Positions 39,349 through 46,261 of a DNA stretch of 46,261 bases are shown here, piece by piece. The stretch spans positions 1-46,261 of the forward strand of contig JBHIFL010000032.1 of NCBI GenBank assembly GCA_046761065.1, read 5' to 3'. A model generated the notes under the pieces. The model made no database searches, had not been told where the DNA came from, and saw nothing but the letters and a program-made list of their open reading frames with translations. The translations under genes were made by a program, and so were the position numbers. This DNA comes from Candidatus Heimdallarchaeota archaeon. Its GTDB lineage: Archaea > Asgardarchaeota > Wukongarchaeia > Wukongarchaeales > JBHIFL01. Every line of letters begins with the position of its first letter. Positions within the stretch are counted from its first letter, which is position 1.

Positions 39349-39636
39349 TTACATAGCCATGCCCCGTTGCTCACGCTCACTTCCTCGGGTACAGAAGTAT
39401 GTATGTGTTAATCCCATTTTGTCAGTGGCTGGACATGTGGGACAAGTGCATCCTTTTTCTTCGGTGATTACTTGACTCTTTCCGGTTGCACAGAATAACA
39501 ATTCGGTTTCTCCTGTTTCCACATAAGATGGACAGCTCGCGCAAATACAAATCTTCTTGTTCTCTGCCATGACTTTCATTCGTTCTTCTTCGGACATTTG
39601 CATCATTTGCTGCATTAATTCCTCGAATTTGTCCAA
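39349..39636 (-). CDS. Cys-rich DUF2769-like protein
   Basis: CIC..CPSY, LFCATGKS, GCTCPTCP, YFC..G; AGGAG SD. Confidence 0.85.
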   Translation of the reverse strand: MDKFEELMQQMMQMSEEERMKVMAENKKICICASCPSYVETGETELLFCATGKSQVITEEKGCTCPTCPATDKMGLTHTYFCTRGSEREQRGMAM

Positions 39637-39777
39637 AGCCTATATTCTCCTGATTTTTTGCCATCATCGTTCATCTTCTTTAAAAGACTTTGTGTTGAGG
39701 GTTGACGTCCGGGGGATTAGAGATACCCATCCAACGCCGCTACTCTCTTTGTTGTGAAGTAGAAGAAAGAAGAAAGG

Positions 39778-40032
39778 CTAATCGGCTATTAATCTCCTTA
39801 GTTGCCCAAATTTTGTATTTTGTAGAAGGATTCTGTACTCTCGCTCGTCTTCCGTAAGGCTTGGGTCCCCTCCATCTACGTTCAGATTCAAACTGCCACT
39901 TCTTCGCCTTTCAGATGGGCTTTTGAATCTTGTATATTGGGATGGATGGTATAGGTTCTCTTGCGCAGTACAACCGGTAATTTGTTGTCTTTCTACCATC
40001 CACCTTAAATGATGTTTGTTTTCCATCGTCAA
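39778..40032 (-). CDS. Hypothetical protein (doubtful)
   Basis: 84-aa ORF, no recognised motif. Confidence 0.3.
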   Translation of the reverse strand: MTMENKHHLRWMVERQQITGCTAQENLYHPSQYTRFKSPSERRRSGSLNLNVDGGDPSLTEDEREYRILLQNTKFGQLRRLIAD

Positions 40033-40216
40033 AGGACAGAACTATGCGAGACCTGGCTAGGAAGAAAGGCAGCGGCCCAAAATGTCTCATAGGGAGAGCT
40101 GATGGTCATCTTGTACTAAGCATGAAAATACTTCAGCTTCCAAAATATTGTAAGAAAGGGTTGGTTCAAGAGTCCTAGACACGCACAGCTAGTTGTGGAG
40201 ATAGCTGGCGATTTCG

Positions 40217-41065
40217 ATGCAAAAACAAATGGGGCCAACGTATCGAGTGGAGCAGCTTTTGGTAGTGGAAAATTTAGGTAGAACCGCTGCTACAGATGTT
40301 GTGGCAAAAAGTATCTTGTACACAGAAGCAGGAGTCTCTTCAGCTCAAGTTAAAACTACACCCCTTTGTCGAAAGGTGAAGGACAACCAAGGCAATTTCT
40401 TTGGATACTTTAAGTTGGGAGAGTTGAAACCAAAGGAACGGCAAGTCCTGAAGCTTGAAGTGACACTCACTCCATACGTTGTTAACATTGAAGGGAGAAA
40501 TTTCGGTACGCTCAAGGAGATTGGGAAGCGGCTCCGGCAACAGTATTGTGGTGCGGCAAAGCATTGGGAAAGTGCGGCAGAGCTTCAGGAGACGGTAGCA
40601 TCCATCACGGTGGGAACAGATGATATCAGCGAAATTCTTGGGCGGTTTTTCCGTTTTCTCGATTCCTTAATTTATCGGGAACACTTAAAGACACGGCGAG
40701 GCGCCTTAAAGACCCTGCGTTTGAAGTACGGAGATTGTGACGAGTTTACTGACCTCTTTGTAGCAATGGCCCGCCAGGTGGGCATCCCTGCGCGTCGCGT
40801 GACGGGGCTCTTTCTTAGAGTTGGGCACACGACACATCATGCGTGGGCTGAAGTATTCACGCCCAAGTGGGGTTGGCTTCCCTTTGACCCAGCATTAGGG
40901 TATTTTGCGGCGTCCTCCTCCCAGCACCTTCCCAAAAAGCTTGAAGCCACTGTATCAGAGATTCCCGATTACGAGGTTCGATTTAAGAGTCAGCGGGCAG
41001 CTACAGTGAAAATCCACCCTCTTAAAGCGGTTCCCACCGTGTGGCGTATTAAGAAGGCGTTATAA
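40217..41065 (+). CDS. Transglutaminase-like (putative cysteine protease) domain protein
   Basis: GDCDEF (Cys), GIPARRV.G, HAWAEV (His), W.PFDP (Asp). Confidence 0.9.
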   Translation: MQKQMGPTYRVEQLLVVENLGRTAATDVVAKSILYTEAGVSSAQVKTTPLCRKVKDNQGNFFGYFKLGELKPKERQVLKLEVTLTPYVVNIEGRNFGTLKEIGKRLRQQYCGAAKHWESAAELQETVASITVGTDDISEILGRFFRFLDSLIYREHLKTRRGALKTLRLKYGDCDEFTDLFVAMARQVGIPARRVTGLFLRVGHTTHHAWAEVFTPKWGWLPFDPALGYFAASSSQHLPKKLEATVSEIPDYEVRFKSQRAATVKIHPLKAVPTVWRIKKAL

Positions 41066-41737
41066 GAGTAGACGAGTCTTCTTTTCATGAATCAGGATGG
41101 GTTGATTCTTTTAGAGTTAACCAGTGGGAGAAGTGTCTTGAAGTTCTTCGAGGATTAGGTTCTTTCTAACGAAAGTCGAGGGGTGCTCCATTCCTTTTGC
41201 TGATGCGTATATTTAATGTTCTCTTTCAAGTGAAAGGGTAATGAGACATAACTGTTGCGAGCCATGACCAACTCTGTGGTGGGTAGATGTTCTCAGGGTG
41301 TATTTGGTGAATTTGGCTATCACTTACCTAAAGCTTGGGGGCTGCTCTTTGGAGCAGGTGGGAGTTGTTTGATGGTGGTTTTTTATCGCTCCTCAGTCTA
41401 TAGGGTATATCTTCCAGGTAGGTTGTCGAATAAGGCGATCGCTCCTTCCAAGGATGCTACAGATGCCATGGTATTTTGGGTTGTGCTACCATCCGTGGAT
41501 GACCTGTGTCCCCTAATAAAGAGGCGCTTCCTGGTAGGAAAAATTGAAAATCTATGCTCATATATACCAAGTTGGAAAAACATAAAACAAGAACTGAGGG
41601 AAGAGAGCAAAGCAGACAAAAATTATATATCTTGAATGAACTGGATACCTAAGGGCATCATAAGTGTGTCATGAAGCCCCCTGACGTATTTAGAGTTCGT
41701 GAACGCCTAAATTGCTCTGATATTGAGGTACATTATC

Positions 41738-44242
41738 ATGATGGAGACATTTAAGAGCCTTGAATATTACGAACGGCTACTCTTACTTGGTGTGATTGGC
41801 GTCGCAATTGTGAGTTTCCTTTATGCTTATTGGCTGAAGCGTGATGTTTACAGCAAAGACAAAGGCACACCTGAAATGCAAGTAGTCTGGGAAGCCATTC
41901 GAGAAGGCGCCGATGCGTATTTATGGCGCCAATTGAAGACGATTGTCCCCCTAATCGGGCTATTAACCTTCGTATTGTTTGGCAGTGTTGCCCTGGTCGA
42001 ACCCTCGCCCGCTGCGGCGGTTGAATTCCCGGAGTATGCTTCCGATGAGCGGAAGCTGATATTAATCATTGCCTTGGGGCGAACCATCGCCTTTTTGATG
42101 GGCGCATCCTTCTCGTTGGCCGTTGGCCAACTGGGAATGCGCATTGCCGTTCAAGGAAACATTCGAACAGCCGCCGCGGCGAAACGCAGCTATAATGAGG
42201 CGCTTTCCGTGGCTTACCACGCCGGTACATTCACCGGGATGCTAACTGACGGCTTTGGCCTCCTTGGTGGGACCATCATTTTCATCATCTTTGGCACCGC
42301 CGCCCCCGATGCGCTGCTGGGCTTTGGGTTTGGTGGAACCCTCTTAGCGCTCTTTATGCGAATTGGCGGGGGGATCTACACCAAAGCAGCTGATGTGGGT
42401 GCTGATCTTGTGGGGAAAGTCGAACATGATATCCCGGAAGATGATCCACGGAACGCTGCCGTCATCGCAGATCTTGTCGGCGATAATGTGGGCGATTGCG
42501 CTGGCATGGCGGCTGACATCTTTGAGTCGTACGAAGTGACCATCGTGTCCGCGCTTATTCTCGGGCTGGCTCTCTACCGGTTGTCGGGCAGTACCGAGCT
42601 CGTTTGGATCATGTTCCCCCTCATTGTCCGGGCCATCGGGGTCATCTCCTCGATCGTCGGCACCTACGCGGTGGCCCTTTGGCGGACTCCCAATGCGGAA
42701 GAAGCCATGTTCAAATCCTATGAGATTTCGAGCGCCATCACCATCTGCACGTCCTTCCTCTTTGCCACCTTCTATGTGGGCGAATGGCGCGCCGCGTTCC
42801 TGGTCGCCACCGGGGTCATGTTAGCGGTGTCGTTTAACCCGATCACCGCCCGATTCACCGCGAAACACAAAGGCCCCGTCAAGGAGGTTATCGACTCTAC
42901 CTCGGGCGGTCCCGCAACCACCATCCTCTCCGGCATCTCGCTGGGGTACGAATCCAGTGTTTGGGCTCTCTTTACGATCGCGCTTTCCTTTATCCTAGCG
43001 ATTCTCACCTTCACACTTCTCCCTGGGAATGCCGTACTCCCCCTGCTCCGAGACATGCGCCATGTCTCGGTTGATACCACCCATATCGGCCAATACATTC
43101 TGTATGGGATTGCCTTAATTGGGATCGGCATGCTGTCGCACACCGGGAATAACGTGGCGATGGACTCCTTTGGGCCTATTTCAGATAATGCCCAAGGGAT
43201 TGGCGAATTGTGCTCCCTAGAGCCCGAAACCCGGAGCGTGCTCGATGAACTTGACGCGGTGGGGAATACGACGAAAGCCATCACCAAGGGGGTCGCCATC
43301 GCGTCCGCCGTCATCGCGGCGGTGAGCCTCTTTGCCTCCTTCGCGACCGATGTGCGCCTTGTGGCCGAAAGCTTGGCGCAAAGCCTGGGCATCCCGGTGA
43401 CCGACCCCCTGGCCCAGGGCATCCGCGTGGATGTGCCGCTCGTCTTCGTGGGCCTCCTGTTAGGCGGTGCGCTGCCGTGGCTGTTCTCCGCCTTCAATAT
43501 CCGGGCGGTCAGCCGAGCCGCGGGCCTGATCATCGAGGAGGTGCGCCGGCAGTTTCGAATCCCCGGGTTGATGGAAGGGAAGGTCAAACCGGACTATCGG
43601 CGGGCCGTATCAATCTCGACAGCAGCCGCGCAGAAGGAACTCGTCAGCCTCGCGATTATTGCGGTCTCGATGCCGATCATGGTCGGCGCGATCTTTGGGG
43701 CGCTGCTCACCATCTCACGAGTTACAGGACTGACCCTAGACCCGGCAGCCATCGGCTCGGGTGTAGAAGCGTTGGGTGGGTTCCAAGCGGGGATCATTAT
43801 ATCAGGGCAACTGCTCGCGGTCTACATGGCAAATGCGGGGGGGGCTTGGGATAACGCGAAGAAGGCGGTCGAAGATGAGCCCCGGGACCTAGAGGCCAAC
43901 ACGGGGAAAGGATCTGCGAGGCATACGGCAAGCGTGATCGGTGACACGGTGGGGGATCCGTTGAAGGACACGGCGGGGCCCTCGTTAAACCCGATGATCA
44001 AGGTCGTGAACCTGGTCAGCCTGATCCTAGCGCCCCTCTTGGTGCAGGCGTCAGTTCAAGCCCAAGTCGGGGACTACGGGCTCTTTTACGTGTTAATCCT
44101 GGCGTCGGGGGTACTGGTATTAGCCTTTGCGTGGGCTTATCGCAAAAGTAACCGAAAGGTGGAGACAGTGTTTGCTGCTCTGCCAGCAGAACCAACCCCG
44201 GAACCAGGGTTGACCACACTGGCAAAGGACCCAGAAGAGTAA
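41738..44242 (+). CDS. hppA: Membrane-bound ion-translocating pyrophosphatase, K+-independent signature
   Basis: GGIYTKAADVGADLVGKVE, DDPRN, DNVGD, FGPISDNAQG, GNTTKA (Lys), GGAWDNAKK, GDTVGDPLKDT. Confidence 0.96.
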   Translation: MMETFKSLEYYERLLLLGVIGVAIVSFLYAYWLKRDVYSKDKGTPEMQVVWEAIREGADAYLWRQLKTIVPLIGLLTFVLFGSVALVEPSPAAAVEFPEYASDERKLILIIALGRTIAFLMGASFSLAVGQLGMRIAVQGNIRTAAAAKRSYNEALSVAYHAGTFTGMLTDGFGLLGGTIIFIIFGTAAPDALLGFGFGGTLLALFMRIGGGIYTKAADVGADLVGKVEHDIPEDDPRNAAVIADLVGDNVGDCAGMAADIFESYEVTIVSALILGLALYRLSGSTELVWIMFPLIVRAIGVISSIVGTYAVALWRTPNAEEAMFKSYEISSAITICTSFLFATFYVGEWRAAFLVATGVMLAVSFNPITARFTAKHKGPVKEVIDSTSGGPATTILSGISLGYESSVWALFTIALSFILAILTFTLLPGNAVLPLLRDMRHVSVDTTHIGQYILYGIALIGIGMLSHTGNNVAMDSFGPISDNAQGIGELCSLEPETRSVLDELDAVGNTTKAITKGVAIASAVIAAVSLFASFATDVRLVAESLAQSLGIPVTDPLAQGIRVDVPLVFVGLLLGGALPWLFSAFNIRAVSRAAGLIIEEVRRQFRIPGLMEGKVKPDYRRAVSISTAAAQKELVSLAIIAVSMPIMVGAIFGALLTISRVTGLTLDPAAIGSGVEALGGFQAGIIISGQLLAVYMANAGGAWDNAKKAVEDEPRDLEANTGKGSARHTASVIGDTVGDPLKDTAGPSLNPMIKVVNLVSLILAPLLVQASVQAQVGDYGLFYVLILASGVLVLAFAWAYRKSNRKVETVFAALPAEPTPEPGLTTLAKDPEE

Positions 44243-44423
44243 AGAGTAACCCTCGCACGGAAGAATGACCTGGCGGTTTACGACCGCTTGGATGCGGACG
44301 GTTCTATCCTATCAAGGGCGAAAACCAAGGAGGGAATCAGGAGATTTAAATAGTCTGGGTTAGACTAGTAACGGGGGAGACAAGCGTTACTGGTAAAAGG
44401 CAAACAAGCCCAGGTGGAAGGGT

Positions 44424-44930
44424 ATGAGGGACCCGGCAGAGGACCCGGCGGCTCGGTCGAACGGGCCGGCCCTCAAGGTCATTGCGTTGCGGGTCGTCAA
44501 TCTCCGCAAAGGGGACCGGCTGAAGCTGGAGGCTGTCAAGACGGCGGAGGGGCAGAAGCTGGTTGCGGTGACGGGCCAGCGCAAGGCCAGCGAGGGGGAA
44601 ATTGTTGACACGACCTCTCCCTGTCTCATCTCCATCAAGCGTGGGCCAATGTTTGACGGGATCATCGAAAAGCTACGGTTACTTGCTTCCGAGGAGGAAA
44701 CCGGACTAAAACCGTGGACCGAGACTGATGTGTGGTTTTCGTTTAGGTCATACAAGGCCACATGGGGGGAGATCACGCGCGAGATACGGCTGGGCCGTGA
44801 GAGATATTTTGTGGATGTGTGGCAGGTTCAGGCCTTGATCCGGGCCCTGCAGGAGTTACGGGACATATTGGAGCAGGACGATCCCGCAGTCATCAGGCCG
44901 TTGACCTCATTTTTGGAACCGCCCAAATAA
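44424..44930 (+). CDS. Hypothetical protein, possibly two beta4-alpha units (PC4/Pur-like)
   Basis: 168-aa ORF; fold guess is from the sequence pattern only. Confidence 0.6.
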   Translation: MRDPAEDPAARSNGPALKVIALRVVNLRKGDRLKLEAVKTAEGQKLVAVTGQRKASEGEIVDTTSPCLISIKRGPMFDGIIEKLRLLASEEETGLKPWTETDVWFSFRSYKATWGEITREIRLGRERYFVDVWQVQALIRALQELRDILEQDDPAVIRPLTSFLEPPK

Positions 44931-45237
44931 CGCGTCCCGATCATGCGAATTTGGCCATTCAGGGCAGTACTCTGCTGAACTCCAGCCCGTTCTTGGCGAC
45001 CTGCCCACACCGGGTTAACCGCTTTTCAAATGGAGGCGATATTGGAAAAGCTGATGGCCTCTGGGAGGAGGCCGGAGTTTCTTGCTTCATCCTACGATGG
45101 GATGGGCCCCATTTTGAGTCGTTCCGATGTTGGCGGGAATAGCAAAGTGTACCAAGGCACAATGGCCGATGTCGTGGCTTCCAAGCCGGGGAAGAGGATT
45201 TCTGCATCCAATGCTGAGGAGGGGTTACTCCAACATA

Positions 45238-45335
45238 TAGTGTGGACCTCTACACTAAGTCGTTTTAGTGTAGACCTCTACGATAATCTTAGGAATTTAG
45301 TGTAGACCTCTACAGTAATTAGTGTAGACCTCTAC
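45238..45335. repeat. Four direct copies of TAGTGTAGACCTCTAC (internal palindrome GTAGA-CC-TCTAC)
   Basis: Copies at 45238 (one A>G change), 45266, 45298 and 45320; gaps of 12, 16 and 6 nt. Confidence 0.95.
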
Positions 45336-45517
45336 GGTATCCCTAGTACGCCGAAAGCTTAAAATAGGTGTGTTTCGGGATTTTTTCATTACGAAATTAA
45401 CGACATAAAATGCAGTTTCCTCCCTCGCTCAGCCATGCCATCAATAATGAGGGGGGCATGTGTGGGGTGAGATTGGAGGGAATGCAATGTGGCAGTTCCA
45501 GCTCGGAGTAGAGAAGA

Positions 45518-46261
45518 ATGGGGATTAGGGACTCGACTGGTAGCCCCCCGCCTTGGGCAGGGGGAAATATTCGCCGCTATATAGCCAAACGGTGGAAGCT
45601 ACTGAGCGTGGTGGGGAGTCATGGGGTGGTCGGGGCGGTATGTGGCGTGATCTTCGATGGTGAGGTAGGGCAGCTGATGAGTGGCGCTCTGTTCATAATA
45701 ATAGGGATCACAGGGTTTGAATGTGTTGTGGCACTCCTTGGGAGTCACCTCAAGTTGCAGTGGGGCATAATGAGACAGAAATGCCTTTCCATCTTTTGTC
45801 GTGCTTTTAGTTGGCTGTATGGGGCATGGGCTCGGATTATGTTATGGGTTAAACGAAATTTAAAGTCGGTTGGTCTTCTCACCGGTGGATTAAGTCTGTT
45901 TGGCCTTTCAATCGCTTTGAGTTATATTTCTCTAACATCCCTAATTGCAGACGGGGTGGGGGGCTGGGGGCTCTCGGTGGGATTGTTCCTTTTAGGTATT
46001 GAGACTACAGTGGTTTATCTTTGGAGGGCAAAGCGTTGGTACTCCTTCTCTGAGGGGAGGGGGAAGTATGGGAGGGTGGTTTCTTGGCAAGTTTTCCTGT
46101 TGGGGCTCTTTTTTGCGTTGCTGGGTGCTTTCATGGATCACCAGGTCGATGGGTCCCTAAGTATCTGGGTGCTTGCGTGTCTCTGGCTGGGCTTGAGTCT
46201 CTGGCTTGGACTGTGCAAGCGTCGGGTAATAACCGGAGCATTCCTTGGGATGGCTGCGTTC
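45518..46261 (+). CDS. Multi-pass membrane protein, truncated by the window end
   Basis: Frame open from ATG 45518 to the last base (248 codons) with several hydrophobic G/L/W-rich segments; not in the ORF track. Confidence 0.7.
   Translation, partial: MGIRDSTGSPPPWAGGNIRRYIAKRWKLLSVVGSHGVVGAVCGVIFDGEVGQLMSGALFIIIGITGFECVVALLGSHLKLQWGIMRQKCLSIFCRAFSWLYGAWARIMLWVKRNLKSVGLLTGGLSLFGLSIALSYISLTSLIADGVGGWGLSVGLFLLGIETTVVYLWRAKRWYSFSEGRGKYGRVVSWQVFLLGLFFALLGAFMDHQVDGSLSIWVLACLWLGLSLWLGLCKRRVITGAFLGMAAF

Noticed and set aside
41255-41635. 126-aa ORF and its antisense partner before hppA
   Set aside because: No recognisable motif or convincing start; may be decayed sequence.
42772-43587. 271-aa antisense ORF and other ORFs nested in known genes
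   Set aside because: Shadows of well-supported genes on the other strand or frame, favoured by high GC.
44819-45305. Overlapping short ORFs including a WDGPHFE (M15 peptidase-like) word
   Set aside because: Other M15 zinc ligands are absent, the ORFs conflict with each other, and one runs into the repeat array.
45238-45335. Repeat array as a CRISPR
   Set aside because: Repeat is only 16 bp, gaps of 6-16 nt are too short and uneven for spacers, and there are no cas genes in the window.

Overview
Archaeal chromosomal segment (TFB, aIF-1A, Rpo7/Spt4, eS1/uS15/eS24/eS31, KEOPS, YchF; TACK/Asgard-like gene set, lineage not determinable from this window). The backbone is the conserved archaeal rpoE1-spt4-DUF359-rps24e-rps27ae-kae1-bud32-rdgB-rps15-recJ-pcc1-rps3ae cluster. 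Here it is split by a ~12 kb accessory block, and rdgB and rps3ae face the opposite way. Next to the flipped rps3ae is a stand-alone tyrosine recombinase with a CxxxCxxC insertion, preceded by a 30-bp-period tandem repeat with a CCGA-N6-TCGG core. Other notable items: an mfpsA/mfppA-like (mannosylfructose/sucrose-type) osmolyte pair, a ModE-box-like palindrome upstream of moaAC, a LITAF-like Zn-ribbon membrane protein, and a GC-rich hppA region followed by a four-copy palindromic repeat array. Three pseudogene remnants missing from the ORF track were read by hand (TFB C-terminus, carboxyltransferase, HAD phosphatase), as was rps27ae. No rRNA, tRNA or CRISPR array was recognised. All assignments come from motif recognition by eye; no searches were run.
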